Counted from the first letter of the stretch, positions 17,623-28,017 are shown. The stretch: DNA of 64,000 nucleotides from Candidatus Saccharimonadota bacterium (GCA_016176605.1 JACOWW010000002.1:41432-105431); one strand, 5' to 3'. Made by a program: numbers and translations. The notes: generated from the letters alone by a model not told the origin.

Positions 17623-17670
17623 TTACTTTTTAAGCCATTTCTAAGCTAAAATGTTTAAAAAGTAAGTGGT

Positions 17671-18864
17671 ATGGCAATTATCCAATTTAACAAGCCTGAT
17701 CTACCAAATATACGGCCCCTAAATATCCGCCAGCGGGCAAAGAACGGCCTATTGGTAATTATTTGTGGCGTGGTTGGTTTTGCCGGCGGCCTGCTGGGCG
17801 CTCAAGTTAATAAAAACAACTTGGCCCAAACTACAACCGCTCAAAAACAACAATTTATTTCTAACGAAAGCCAGCTGATCGCCCAAATTGCCAAGGATGT
17901 CGGTTCCAGCGTGGTATCTATCGATACTAGCAGCGAAACTAACGTAACTGACTTCTTCGGTTTTGTCTTCCCACAACGCCAATCAGGCGCTGGTACAGGT
18001 TTTGTAATACGTGATGACGGCGTAATTATGACCAACCGCCATGTTGTGCCAGCCGGTACGCAGAAAGTTACAGTGACTATGTCCGATGGTACGAGATACA
18101 ATGATGTGCAGGTACTGGGACGTACCGCCCAAAGCAACTCATTGGACGTAGCTTTTATTAAAATCCGCGACTTGAAAGGCAAAAAACTGCCGGCTGTGAC
18201 ACTTGGCGATTCAGCCAAGATGCAGGTCGGCGACCGGGTGATAGCCATCGGCAACGCCCTGGGCCAGTTCCAAAACACCGTCACGGCCGGCATTATCTCC
18301 GGTCACGGACGAGATGTGGTAGCCAGCGACCAATCAGGCACCGTCGCCGAGAACTTAAGCGACCTTTTCCAAACTGACGCGGCCATTAATTCCGGTAATT
18401 CCGGCGGCCCGCTGGTCAATATTAACGGGGAAGTCATAGGTATCAATACGGCTATTGCCGGCGGCGCCCAAAACATCGGCTTTGCTATCCCAATCAATGA
18501 CGTCAAGGGCCTGGTTAATGGCGTGTTAAGCACCGGTCAGCTCAAACAGCCATACCTAGGTGTTCGCTATGTCTCGCTGACTGACGATTTGGCCTATCAA
18601 AATAACTTGGATGTTACCCGCGGCGCCTACATTGTGCCTAGCAATGATAATTCCGGGGTAGTTTCAAATAGTCCAGCCCAAAAAGCCGGTTTGAAAGAAA
18701 AAGACATCATTACCAAGGTCAACGATATTTCGATTGACGATAAAACCAGCCTCACCAGCGCTCTGAGTCAATTCAAAGTCGGTGACATAGTCAAATTGAC
18801 GGTGGTGCGCGACGACAAAACTATAACGGTGAACGTAACTTTGGAAGAAGCACCAAATCAATAG
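17671..18864 (+). CDS. htrA: HtrA/DegP-family serine protease with PDZ domain
   Basis: TNRHVV, QTDAAINSGNSGGPL, C-terminal PDZ. Confidence 0.93.
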   Translation: MAIIQFNKPDLPNIRPLNIRQRAKNGLLVIICGVVGFAGGLLGAQVNKNNLAQTTTAQKQQFISNESQLIAQIAKDVGSSVVSIDTSSETNVTDFFGFVFPQRQSGAGTGFVIRDDGVIMTNRHVVPAGTQKVTVTMSDGTRYNDVQVLGRTAQSNSLDVAFIKIRDLKGKKLPAVTLGDSAKMQVGDRVIAIGNALGQFQNTVTAGIISGHGRDVVASDQSGTVAENLSDLFQTDAAINSGNSGGPLVNINGEVIGINTAIAGGAQNIGFAIPINDVKGLVNGVLSTGQLKQPYLGVRYVSLTDDLAYQNNLDVTRGAYIVPSNDNSGVVSNSPAQKAGLKEKDIITKVNDISIDDKTSLTSALSQFKVGDIVKLTVVRDDKTITVNVTLEEAPNQ

Positions 18865-18909
18865 GGATAAGCGGTAAGCGTGCAGGGATAAGGTCAAAAA
18901 ATCATTCCC

Positions 18910-19770
18910 CTAACGCTTCACCCTCAACGCTTCACCCTGCTTAAACAGCTGTATAAAATTGTCTGTTTCCAACAGGTTGTAATTAGCATGTCTAGCTATC
19001 TGCCTAAGTTTTTGGTGCTGGGGCGGCAGGGCCTCAGTAAATACATACTTAACCCCTCTACGGGTACGACCCTTAGAGGAGTTAAGTTGGTCAAATAAAC
19101 GGCGGTAAACATCTAGCCCATCAGGACCGCCAAAGATGGCCGACTTTGGTTCGCGGGCTGCGGCCGGGTTAATTTGCCACTTATCTGGCACATAGGGCAG
19201 GTTGGCCAGCAAAATATCGTACTTACGGGCCGGACGGTTGAGCAAATCGCGTTTATAGCAATGCAGGTGTAGTTCGTGCATATGGGCATTGTGGCGCGCC
19301 ACAGCCAAACAGCTGGCGTCGATATCATACAAGTCAACCTCCGGATTGTGCAATTCCAGCGCCGCGCTAATCCCCAACGCTCCACAACCTGTCCCGATAT
19401 CCGCTATTTTCCAGGGTGCCACCCTGGAAATAGGGGAATTGTGGTGGAGTAAGTTTTTTAGCATGTCGATCATCGCCTCGGATTCCGGCCGGGGTTCTAG
19501 AACGTGCTTATTAACTTTGAACTTTCGGCCGTAAAATTCGCTAAATCCACGGATGTATGCTAACGGCTCGTGACTGGCGCGCCGAGCTACTTTTTTATTC
19601 AATTTCTTGAGCTGCTCGGGTTTTATTTCCACTTCCGGGTGCGCCAAAACCCACGCCCGATCCCGTCCCAGTTCATCCTCAAGAAGAATTAGGCTATCCA
19701 GTCGCGATGAAGCAATGTTGGAATTCGACAATTTTTTAGTAGTTACAATCAACCACCGGTTAATTTTCAT
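18910..19770 (-). CDS. prmC: release factor glutamine methyltransferase
   Basis: EPLAYI, LEPRPESE, DIGTGCG, ANLPYV; near prfA. Confidence 0.92.
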   Translation of the reverse strand: MKINRWLIVTTKKLSNSNIASSRLDSLILLEDELGRDRAWVLAHPEVEIKPEQLKKLNKKVARRASHEPLAYIRGFSEFYGRKFKVNKHVLEPRPESEAMIDMLKNLLHHNSPISRVAPWKIADIGTGCGALGISAALELHNPEVDLYDIDASCLAVARHNAHMHELHLHCYKRDLLNRPARKYDILLANLPYVPDKWQINPAAAREPKSAIFGGPDGLDVYRRLFDQLNSSKGRTRRGVKYVFTEALPPQHQKLRQIARHANYNLLETDNFIQLFKQGEALRVKR

Positions 19771-20272
19771 TGGCAAGAGCAATTATCTGGTCAACAACTT
19801 TTTTTAGCGGCTGTCGGCTATCAATTTCTGTGGCTGTAGGCACATTAAGTAAATTTCTCTGGAACTCCTCATGGCCCTCTAGTATTTCTTTTAATTGCTC
19901 AGGGTTTTTTCCGTAATCATTTGTATCTCTGTTTTGCAATCTGTGACGGATAGTTTCCACATCTGCGGTTAGGACAAATATATTATGAAAAAGTGAATAA
20001 AATCGCTCTTGGTTAGAAACTATTGCTGCCACAAACACAGTATCAGCACTTTCTAGTAATTTTCTAAGGCCTCCCTCTTGCCAGTTCCATGCATAAGTTG
20101 ACCAATCTGTTGGAGGTTCTGGCCGCACGGCTGGTTGGCTAGTTGCTTTATATTCAAAACGCGTTACTTCCGGCAAATCATCGGTATTATATGCCGTAAA
20201 GCCCCGTTGCTTAAGTTCTTCGACAACGGAAGATTTACCCGTGCCGGCGTTACCCGTTATTAAGTATTTCAT
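19760..20272 (-). CDS. P-loop nucleotide kinase (AAA/adenylate or shikimate kinase-like)
   Basis: [12 protein letters not shown] Walker A, 170 aa. Confidence 0.8.
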   Translation of the reverse strand: MKYLITGNAGTGKSSVVEELKQRGFTAYNTDDLPEVTRFEYKATSQPAVRPEPPTDWSTYAWNWQEGGLRKLLESADTVFVAAIVSNQERFYSLFHNIFVLTADVETIRHRLQNRDTNDYGKNPEQLKEILEGHEEFQRNLLNVPTATEIDSRQPLKKVVDQIIALANEN

Positions 20273-21324
20273 GACTCTTTTTGGATCAGTTGGCGCTCGT
20301 AACTTTGCAGCTTTTCGATTAAGTCGTCAATTTCGCCGTTGAGGGCGCCGGGCAGGTTGCTGCGCGAATAGCCGATGCGGTGGTCGGTTATACGGTCCTG
20401 CGGGAAATTGTAAGTGCGGATTTTTTCACTGCGGTCACCGCTACCGATCAGTGCCCGGCGGGCGTCTCCCAGTTGTTTTTGTTCTTCTTCAATCTTCATT
20501 TGCAACAGCCGAGAACGCAATACAGACATAGCTTTTTCGCGGTTTTTGATCTGGCTTTTTTCATCTTGCTGGGTGACTACCATGCCGGTAGGCAAGTGGG
20601 TAACACGGACCGCCGAGTCGGTAGTATTAACAGATTGGCCGCCCGGGCCGCTGCTGCGGAAAACATCAATTTTTATATCCTCTGGCACGATTTGCACATC
20701 TGTTTCCTCGGCTTCCGGTAGCACGGCCACAGTCACCGTACTGGTATGGATACGGCCCTGGCTTTCGGTAGTTGGTACACGTTGGACGCGGTGCACACCG
20801 GCTTCGAATTTAAGCATTTTGTAGGCATTTTCGCCGTGGACCATAAAGACAATTTCCTTAAAACCGCCGGCTTCAGACGGGCTTTGGTTTAAAATCTCGA
20901 TTTTATAGCCATGGACTTCACTGAAGCGTGCGTACATGCGGTAGAGGTCGCCAGCAAACAGGCTGGCTTCATCACCTCCGGCAGCCGCCCGAATTTCAAC
21001 AATCGCATCTTTTTCGTCATTCGGATTCTTAGACAACAACGCCTCATCTAGCTCTTTCTTAACCCCGTTGAGCTGCTTTGTTAACTCCTCGATATCGTCC
21101 TCTGCAACTTGGATTAATTCAGGTTCTATATCTTTCAAAAGCAGCTGTGTATTTTCAAGGTTTTTCTGAATTCTCATTTTTTCGTCGAACAAAGATACAA
21201 TTCTAGCAACATTCTTGTGCTCTTTTGCAATGGTAGGATATTCAGGAGTTATTGCTATTGCTGTGTCCTGTAACAGATGATTTAATTCATCTAACCTTTT
21301 TCTGTAGTTTTCTTCTTGATTCAT
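20269..21324 (-). CDS. prfA: peptide chain release factor 1
   Basis: [12 protein letters not shown] (PxT motif) and GGQ. Confidence 0.97.
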   Translation of the reverse strand: MNQEENYRKRLDELNHLLQDTAIAITPEYPTIAKEHKNVARIVSLFDEKMRIQKNLENTQLLLKDIEPELIQVAEDDIEELTKQLNGVKKELDEALLSKNPNDEKDAIVEIRAAAGGDEASLFAGDLYRMYARFSEVHGYKIEILNQSPSEAGGFKEIVFMVHGENAYKMLKFEAGVHRVQRVPTTESQGRIHTSTVTVAVLPEAEETDVQIVPEDIKIDVFRSSGPGGQSVNTTDSAVRVTHLPTGMVVTQQDEKSQIKNREKAMSVLRSRLLQMKIEEEQKQLGDARRALIGSGDRSEKIRTYNFPQDRITDHRIGYSRSNLPGALNGEIDDLIEKLQSYERQLIQKES

Positions 21325-21390
21325 TCTTTAACTCCAGTATATAAAAAACGACCGAAAACAGATATGCCCGGACGCTTTAGCGTGGATTAG

Positions 21391-21771
21391 TTATTGTTCT
21401 CGGGCTTCTTCGGTTTTTACTGCCTCACCGTTGCCCAATTTCTGAGCTTGAGGTTTTTTCGATTTTTGACTAACGACTTTCGACTTACGACTAGCTGACG
21501 ATGCAGCTTTGGTTGCCTTCGCTGCTTCGGCAGCTTTTTGGCGGGCCTTAAACTTGTCTACACGGCCTTCGATGTCAACGATACGCTCCTCGCCAGTGAA
21601 ATAAGGGTGTGAGCTGGAAGAAATATGGACTTTGACCAATGGGTATTCAACGCCGTCCAAAGTGATAGTTTCTTCAGCCTCGGCGGTCGAGCGGGTCAAA
21701 AAAGTAGTACCGTCGTTACTATCCTGAAAAACAACCGGCCGGTAGTTCTTGGCGTGTATATCTTTTTTCAT
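21391..21771 (-). CDS. rpmE: 50S ribosomal protein L31 type B with C-terminal extension
   Basis: MKKDIH..YRPVVFQD, ISSSSHPYFTG, GRVDKF. Confidence 0.95.
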   Translation of the reverse strand: MKKDIHAKNYRPVVFQDSNDGTTFLTRSTAEAEETITLDGVEYPLVKVHISSSSHPYFTGEERIVDIEGRVDKFKARQKAAEAAKATKAASSASRKSKVVSQKSKKPQAQKLGNGEAVKTEEAREQ

Positions 21772-21876
21772 CCCGTTAGAACCTCAAAAGACCTACATTG
21801 TTTATCAGCACTTTGAAACGAGCACGCGTGTTCAAACACCGCGCAAAGTTCGGAAGTTAAGTGAGTTCTAACGGGA
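21772..21876 (-). mobile_element. 105-bp MITE-like element at the rpmE start codon
   Basis: Ends CCCGTTAGAAC / GTTCTAACGGG, flanked by duplicated ATGAA; homologous to 33384-33488. Confidence 0.8.
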
Positions 21877-21922
21877 TTCATAGCTCGCACAGTATAACTT
21901 TTTTACTCTGTTAGGTCAATGA

Positions 21923-22034
21923 CGCTCGCACCATTCAGAAAAGTGTGCGTTTCGCGCCGGGTAGCCTCCCGCCCGCAGGTCAGTCGACTCGGGCTGCACT
22001 ACGCTTGACCCACTCTTGTTGAATAATGCTCGCT
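21923..22034. repeat. dispersed structured element, family B (long form)
   Basis: CGCTCGCACCAT...CGCGCCGGG..CTCGGGCTGCACT...TGCTCGCT, similar to 57253-57360. Confidence 0.65.
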
Positions 22035-22246
22035 TAGTAACCCTGCGAACAACATCTACTCAGGTTAGCTCCGATGCCCGGAAAAGCTAGGGGCTCGCTT
22101 GACAGCTACTGTTTTACATCATTCACTACCTTGGTAGTCTCTGCCATGCTCCAAAAATTATCAGGCTTGCTTAACAATCAATTGTTCAGCATAAGCAATT
22201 TACTTGTTTGAAATTTCATGTTAATTTCGTTCTACAAGGAGATCTT

Positions 22247-22789
22247 ATGGATTTTGAAGGTTTAAAAGTTAAAACAGCTGAAAAAGAAAAACAGGACGAG
22301 AGGTGGTTTAAATCGAAGATGATCGAAGGCTATGGAATTATAATTCAACAATTCGGGGAGCTTGCAACCCTTCTGCAATCTTCGGAAATTAACCTAGGAG
22401 AGATGGAAAGTACTATTCACCAGCCATCCGGCATGGCAATCGCCCAAATAGAAGTTGGTAATAGACATGGTTTACTAGCGTTTGGCGGAGTGGGTCCAGA
22501 AAGCAATTTTACTGTTCACTATAGCTTACGTTCCATAGACTCTATGCTACGTTTCCCAGTAATAGATGAGGTCTTTGGTATAGACTCACGATATTGGCAA
22601 GATCGTGAACACTGGGATAGTTGGGATATCGCAGCAGTAGATGGAATGGTCGGCACCATGTTAGAAGAAGCTCCTAAAACTCTAGCCATGCTTATCGAAG
22701 CGGCGAAAGATCCTGATTTAAATGATCCTGAACTGGCCGAGCGAGTCCGCAGACACTACGAAGAACGTGATTTGCAAGAAGCCATCTAA
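22247..22789 (+). CDS. hypothetical protein
   Basis: Open frame with SD AAGGAG before ATG 22247. Confidence 0.7.
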   Translation: MDFEGLKVKTAEKEKQDERWFKSKMIEGYGIIIQQFGELATLLQSSEINLGEMESTIHQPSGMAIAQIEVGNRHGLLAFGGVGPESNFTVHYSLRSIDSMLRFPVIDEVFGIDSRYWQDREHWDSWDIAAVDGMVGTMLEEAPKTLAMLIEAAKDPDLNDPELAERVRRHYEERDLQEAI

Positions 22790-22809
22790 TCTGTTAGACT
22801 TCTGAGGTT

Positions 22810-22935
22810 AAATTAAGCAGTGAGGTTTACCCACCAAACTTTCTTTGAAAGTTCAGGCGGGCGAGAATCCTCCTAGCTGAATCCGTGTAGGATCAGACGG
22901 GCAGAACTTCACGAAGTGGAAGGATTAATATATAC
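22810..22935 (+). promoter_or_regulatory. structured rpsB 5' leader (possible S2 autoregulatory element)
   Basis: Long leader with stems (GTGAGGTT..AACTTCAC); the location matches known rpsB leaders. Confidence 0.3.
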
Positions 22936-23832
22936 ATGGCAGTAGCCAATGTAGGTCACGTTAAAAGTAAATCGTCTGTAATGACTGCCGTTTCGTCAGA
23001 TGCAAAGCGGACTTCTTTCGAGGTAGACATTAAAAAGTTGTTAGAGGCTGGTGCGCACTTTGGTCATCAGACTAGCCGCTGGCATCCCAAAATGGCGCCC
23101 TATATTCACAGCAAACGGGGCGGCAGCCATGTTATTGACCTGACTAAAACAGTCGAGGCCCTGGATAGCGCGCTAAATTTTTTAAGTGATACAGCCGCCG
23201 CCGGCAAACAAATTTTGCTGGTTAGTACTAAACGTCAAGCCAAGGACAAAATCAAAGAAGTCGCGCTGGCCACCAACATGCCTTATGTCACCGAGCGCTG
23301 GCTAGGTGGCATGCTGACAAACTACAACACCATCAGCGTACGTATTAAGTACTTAGTCGACCTAGAAAACCGGATGGCCAGCGGCGAGCTGGAAAACCGC
23401 TACAGCAAGCTAGAAGTCCAGCACTACGGCGAAGAAATCGAAGAGATGAACCACCTCTATGGCGGTATCAAAGAACTGCACGCTAGGCCCGGTGCTGTTT
23501 TTGTAGTTGATATGCAAAACGATGAGATAGCCGTCAAAGAAGCCCGCAAGTTAGGTGTTCCAGTTGTCGGTCTGACCGACACCAATGTTGACCCCACCAT
23601 TGCCGACTATCCAATCCCATGTAACGATGATGCGACTAAGACCATAAATTTAGTTTTGGATTATGTGCAACAAGCTATTGCTGATGGCCAAACCAAGGTC
23701 AAAAAAACAGCCACAGACGAAAAACCAGAAGCGGCCGGCGCTAAAATTGCAGCCGCGACCAAAGAAACAGATGGCAAAGAACAGAAGACAGAAAAAGAAA
23801 CTGTAACTGCGCCAGTGAAAGGTATAGGCTAG
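22936..23832 (+). CDS. rpsB: 30S ribosomal protein S2
   Basis: LLEAGAHFGHQTSRWHPKM, RWLGGMLTN, DTNVDP. Confidence 0.97.
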   Translation: MAVANVGHVKSKSSVMTAVSSDAKRTSFEVDIKKLLEAGAHFGHQTSRWHPKMAPYIHSKRGGSHVIDLTKTVEALDSALNFLSDTAAAGKQILLVSTKRQAKDKIKEVALATNMPYVTERWLGGMLTNYNTISVRIKYLVDLENRMASGELENRYSKLEVQHYGEEIEEMNHLYGGIKELHARPGAVFVVDMQNDEIAVKEARKLGVPVVGLTDTNVDPTIADYPIPCNDDATKTINLVLDYVQQAIADGQTKVKKTATDEKPEAAGAKIAAATKETDGKEQKTEKETVTAPVKGIG

Positions 23833-23836
23833 AATC

Positions 23837-24301
23837 ATGACAAATATTGATATTAGCGAAGTAAAGCGTTTGCGCGAGCTGACAGGAGTCGGCATCACTG
23901 ACGCGAAGGCTGCGCTGGTGGAAGCCGAAGGTGATTTTGACAAGGCGCTGGCAGCCATGCGCAAAAAAGGCTTAACGAAGGCAGATAAACGCAGCGAGCG
24001 CGAGGCCAGAGCGGGGCTAATTGGCGGCTACGTGCATGATGGCCGCATCGGCGTTTTGGTAGAAGTAAATTGCGAGACCGACTTTGTGGCTAAAACTGAT
24101 GAATTTAAAGAATTAGTCAAGGATTTGTGCCTACATATCGCCGCCAGCGAACCCGAAGATGTAAAAATGCTCCTTGACCAACCTTTCGTCAAAAATCCAG
24201 AAATTACCGTAGGCGATTATATTAAAGAACATGTCGCTAAACTGGGCGAAAACATTGTCATTAGGCGCTTTGCACGCATGGCGCTAGGCGAGGTAAATTA
24301 A
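23837..24301 (+). CDS. tsf: elongation factor Ts (short form)
   Basis: VKRLRELTG, EVNCETDFVA. Confidence 0.95.
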   Translation: MTNIDISEVKRLRELTGVGITDAKAALVEAEGDFDKALAAMRKKGLTKADKRSEREARAGLIGGYVHDGRIGVLVEVNCETDFVAKTDEFKELVKDLCLHIAASEPEDVKMLLDQPFVKNPEITVGDYIKEHVAKLGENIVIRRFARMALGEVN

Positions 24302-24423
24302 AAAGACGGGTGCTCTCGGAGCAGTTTTTCAACTGCTACCACGAAGGTGCACCCGCCATTATCCCGACGGGTGCACCTTGGGGTGCGTTCCCGTCGGGGG
24401 CGGAGGAGAAACCGAAAAGGCGA

Positions 24424-24609
24424 TCATGCTCGCTTCTTTCGACCTAATCGGCGACTGATGGCGTCTGGTAGCGCCAGGAGTATGACTATGAGTCCGACTC
24501 CTGTGCAAGCAAGTCCGATAAGCATGTTGCGAGCATCCTGGTCGCCATTGAGCGCATCAGCGATCGTGTCCGTAAAGGCGTTCTCTGCGTAGTACGGCTT
24601 CTTTATCAT
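24424..24609 (-). CDS. small membrane protein
   Basis: AGGAG SD, MIKKPYY..., one TM helix and a basic tail. Confidence 0.55.
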   Translation of the reverse strand: MIKKPYYAENAFTDTIADALNGDQDARNMLIGLACTGVGLIVILLALPDAISRRLGRKKRA

Positions 24610-24620
24610 CACGTCTCCTG

Positions 24621-24944
24621 CTAGTAGGGTCGTGGCTCGAAGAAGCCCTGCCAATCCATGAGAACCAGGGCGAACAGGCCAGCAAATGCCAATCCACCGC
24701 CACTGGCAGCGATCACAAACTCCCACGACAGGCTCGTAATCGCGACCGCGGAACCGGCAGCGCAAGCTGCCGATACTCCAGTCGCAACCACGGCACGCCG
24801 GAGAAGCTTCACCTTCATTTCGCGGGGCAGAATTTCGCTGTTGCCAGGGTCATCGCACCAACCGGAGCCATTGGCGAAGCCCAATGCGGCCACAGCGAGC
24901 GCGATGAGCGCGAAAAGTGACAGTCCTACAGCCAGGAATTCCAC
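24621..24944 (-). CDS. small membrane protein (about 3 TM helices)
   Basis: SD AAGGAGG before GTG; hydrophobic segments. Confidence 0.65.
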   Translation of the reverse strand: MEFLAVGLSLFALIALAVAALGFANGSGWCDDPGNSEILPREMKVKLLRRAVVATGVSAACAAGSAVAITSLSWEFVIAASGGGLAFAGLFALVLMDWQGFFEPRPY

Positions 24945-25056
24945 TTCTCCTCCTTAAACCGGAAAGAACAGGCCAACACGGATGTGTTGGCCCGCGTTGA
25001 CGATAAAGTAATTAACCCACAAAAGCGTAAATTATTCAATCTGATAAAATTTAAAC

Positions 25057-25620
25057 ATGAGCCCCAGTCAGATTTTGGAGGAAGTCAGAAGAAAAATAGA
25101 CGCCGCTACGGCGCATTTACAAGATGAGTTAAAAAAACTGCGCACCGGCCGGGCCCACCCCAGCATGCTCGATAGCGTAATGGTCGAGGCTTACGGACAA
25201 ACTATGCCGCTTAGAAGCGTGGCGGGAATAACCGCGCCTGAACCGCAGCTGCTGCAAATCAGTCCCTTTGATCCAAGTAACTTACAGCCCATCGCCGAAG
25301 CCATCAGAAATGACCAGTCACTCGGATTAACACCAACCGACGACGGCCGGGTAGTACGCATTAATCTACCCCCTATGACAGCTGAAAACCGCCAAGCTAT
25401 GGTTAAAGTTCTAAACCAAAAAGTCGAAGATTGCTTTGTGGCGGTGCGCCAAGCCCGCCACGACGCTTTTCACAAGGCGGAACAAGCCGAAAAAGCCAAA
25501 GAAATCGGTAAAGATGAGCTAGAACGGTTCAAAAAACAAGCCGATGAATTAGTTGCCCAACAAAAGACCCAAGTCGAACAACTATCAAAATCAAAAGAAC
25601 AAGAAATTCTAACAGTCTAG
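25057..25620 (+). CDS. frr: ribosome recycling factor
   Basis: LRTGRAHPSMLD, PPMTAENR. Confidence 0.96.
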   Translation: MSPSQILEEVRRKIDAATAHLQDELKKLRTGRAHPSMLDSVMVEAYGQTMPLRSVAGITAPEPQLLQISPFDPSNLQPIAEAIRNDQSLGLTPTDDGRVVRINLPPMTAENRQAMVKVLNQKVEDCFVAVRQARHDAFHKAEQAEKAKEIGKDELERFKKQADELVAQQKTQVEQLSKSKEQEILTV

Positions 25621-25625
25621 GGGGG

Positions 25626-25690
25626 CAGTGGTCAGTAATCAGTGGTCAGTATTCAAAAACTGGACCCTGAACCCTGACAACTGAGCCCTG
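25626..25690. repeat. 7-bp periodic inverted-arm spacer
   Basis: CAGTGGT/CAGTAAT units followed by CTGGACC/CTGAACC/CTGACAA units. Confidence 0.65.
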
Positions 25691-25704
25691 ATATACTAGA
25701 GCAT

Positions 25705-26874
25705 ATGCAGATTCTTCTGGCTATTTTAGGTTTTGCCCTTTTTATCGGACTGGTCTTAATCCACGAGTGGGGGCACTTTATCATCGCCCGCCGCAATGGC
25801 GTGGAAGTAGAAGAGTTTGGCCTAGGTTTGCCGCCCAGAGCCTGGCGCAAAAAACTAAAGTCTGGCATGGTGATTAGCCTAAATTGGTTGCCGCTGGGCG
25901 GCTTTGTGAAGTTAAAAGGCGAACACGACAGTGATGACCGGCCCGGCAGTCTCGGCGCTGCCAGTTTATGGGCAAAGACCAAAATTATGATGGCCGGGGT
26001 TACTATGAATCTTATTGCCGGCCTGGTATTGCTAACAACTTTAGCTTTTATTGGCATTCCCAAACTGATTGATAACCAATTCTCAGTTCCTAGTGACACT
26101 AAAGTCATCCACCGCCAGCTGCTAGTAGGTTATATAGAACCGGATTCGCCTGCCCAAAAAGCCGGACTTTCCGGCCGCGACACCATTAAGTCGATAAGTG
26201 CTGGCGGCCAGACCCGAAATATTACGACTGCCGAAGACATGAACAAGGCTACGACCGCTTTTGCCGGCCAAATGGTACAGCTGACAATTAGCCGCAGTGG
26301 GAAAGAGCAGGTAAAAGATATAACTCTGCGCAGCGCGGCGGAAGTTGAACCAACCAAAAACACGGACAATCCCAAAGGCTATTTGGGTATCAGCCCCAAC
26401 GAACTTTCGGCCTACCGGGCCACGTGGAGCGCGCCGATCGTCGCGCTTGGTTTTACAAAACAGCTAGTGGTACTAACCATCCAGGGGCTAGGCCATGCGC
26501 TTAGCGGGCTAGGGTCGGCAATCGCCGGAACTGTGACTGGCAATGAACAAGCTCGCATCAAAGGCCAGACACAGGCTACTGACCAAGTTGGCGGGCCGGT
26601 GGCCATCGGCGCAATTCTTTGGGGCGGCGGCAGTTTGGGTTTTAACTTCGTAATTATGGTCATAGCTGTGTTATCGTTGACCCTCGCCTTGATGAACGTG
26701 CTGCCGCTGCCTGTTCTTGATGGTGGCCGGTTAGTTATGATGCTAATCAGCCGCGGCGTCCTGCACCGGCCGCTTAGCAAAAAGACCGAGGAACGCCTAG
26801 TGGGCGCCAGCATGGCATTATTGTTAGTGCTGTTCGCTTTAATTACTATTGTCGATGTCCGCAGATTTTTCTAA
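25705..26874 (+). CDS. rseP: RIP metalloprotease RseP (M50) with PDZ domain
   Basis: IHEWGH, NVLPLPVLDGG. Confidence 0.93.
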   Translation: MQILLAILGFALFIGLVLIHEWGHFIIARRNGVEVEEFGLGLPPRAWRKKLKSGMVISLNWLPLGGFVKLKGEHDSDDRPGSLGAASLWAKTKIMMAGVTMNLIAGLVLLTTLAFIGIPKLIDNQFSVPSDTKVIHRQLLVGYIEPDSPAQKAGLSGRDTIKSISAGGQTRNITTAEDMNKATTAFAGQMVQLTISRSGKEQVKDITLRSAAEVEPTKNTDNPKGYLGISPNELSAYRATWSAPIVALGFTKQLVVLTIQGLGHALSGLGSAIAGTVTGNEQARIKGQTQATDQVGGPVAIGAILWGGGSLGFNFVIMVIAVLSLTLALMNVLPLPVLDGGRLVMMLISRGVLHRPLSKKTEERLVGASMALLLVLFALITIVDVRRFF

Positions 26875-27643
26875 GGAGCCAAAAGCTAAAAGCCACCCTT
26901 CGACTTCGCTCAGGGCTGGAAAGCTAACAGCTGATCTCGGGGGGCCGGTTCGGGTAATTCTGGCGGCCTTTGGAATATTTCTTGCAAGCCAGTTTATTGC
27001 CGTGCTCTTGATAGGAATCGGTCTGAATTTTGCCGGCGTGCAGCAAAACATAGACCAGTCCGCCGCCGCCCAATTTTTTTATATTTTGCTAGCCGAGGGC
27101 GTGGCTATTGGCAGTATCTATTGGTTGCTCAAGCGGCGGGGGCTTACATTATCTGCCATCGGCCTAGGGCAGAAGCTGGCCTGGCGTGACTTCAAGTGGG
27201 CTGCGGCTGGTTTTTTGGCATTTTACGGCCTGGCGGTGGCCGTGACGGTGCTTTTAACCATATTTATTCCTAGTTTTGACGCGGACCAAGCCCAAGATGT
27301 TGGCTTTAATTATTTATCAACCCCGCTAGATCAAATTATCGCCCTGGTGGCTTTGGTAGCACTGCCATCAATCGGCGAGGAAATACTTATGCGGGGGTAT
27401 CTCTACTCCGGACTACGCCTGCGCATGACCTTTTTTCCGGCGATGATTATAACCAGCCTGCTTTTTGGTGCGGCCCACCTAACTACCGGCGTCAAAGGCG
27501 CCCTGTGGGCCGCCGGTGTATCGACATTTATTTTGTCTGTGGTTTTAGTCTATTTGCGCGAGCGCACTGGCGCGCTATATGCACCGATTATGGTCCACGG
27601 GTTTAATAATTTAGTCGCCTTTTTGGTCCACTTCCACTCCTAG
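26855..27643 (+). CDS. CPBP/CAAX intramembrane protease
   Basis: EEILMRG, FGAAH, HGFNN motifs. Confidence 0.9.
   Translation: MSADFSKEPKAKSHPSTSLRAGKLTADLGGPVRVILAAFGIFLASQFIAVLLIGIGLNFAGVQQNIDQSAAAQFFYILLAEGVAIGSIYWLLKRRGLTLSAIGLGQKLAWRDFKWAAAGFLAFYGLAVAVTVLLTIFIPSFDADQAQDVGFNYLSTPLDQIIALVALVALPSIGEEILMRGYLYSGLRLRMTFFPAMIITSLLFGAAHLTTGVKGALWAAGVSTFILSVVLVYLRERTGALYAPIMVHGFNNLVAFLVHFHS
26891..26925 (+). repeat. in-frame REP-like insertion encoding HPSTSLRAGK
   Basis: 34/35 identical to 48297-48331 in prfB. Confidence 0.85.
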
Positions 27644-27812
27644 ACTTTGCACCGCGATTAGCCTGCCAGCCAGCGAAGCTGCCAGCATCGCTAATCGCTT
27701 GTGGCGCATTACTTCGTTAGAGCCTCCGCTACTCGTTCTCTGTATTTTCCTATACAGTTCGCTTCGTTGCTCGGCTCTTCCTTGTACTGCATCCACATGC
27801 AAAGCCTAGGAG
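27637..27812 (-). repeat. family A structured element, copy 2
   Basis: Shared core; terminal stem CTCCTAGRCTTTGCA includes the upstream stop codon. Confidence 0.8.
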
Positions 27813-27869
27813 CAAGCGGCTAGAATTTCTACTTGCCAATTTTCAAACAAACAGATTTAATTAAGTGTA

Positions 27870-27980
27870 ATGAGATACCAAAGTACGTTTTCTGTTCTGC
27901 CCATCCCGCGACCTGCCTAGCAGTCGGGGTATCTTGTATTTCATTAACGCAGGCGGCCCCGACGAAGGGGCATTTTTAAT
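27870..27980 (+). promoter_or_regulatory. Pro-rich leader peptide (MRYQSTFSVLPIPRPA, 27870-27920) with attenuator
   Basis: Promoter TTGCCA-17-TTTAAT; mutually exclusive 1:2, 2:3 and 3:4 stems; GCCCC-GACGAA-GGGGC-ATTTTT terminator; upstream of csaA-proS. Confidence 0.7.
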
Positions 27981-28017
27981 GCTCGCCGTCTGCGAACATC
28001 ATTGAAAGGATTAAAAA

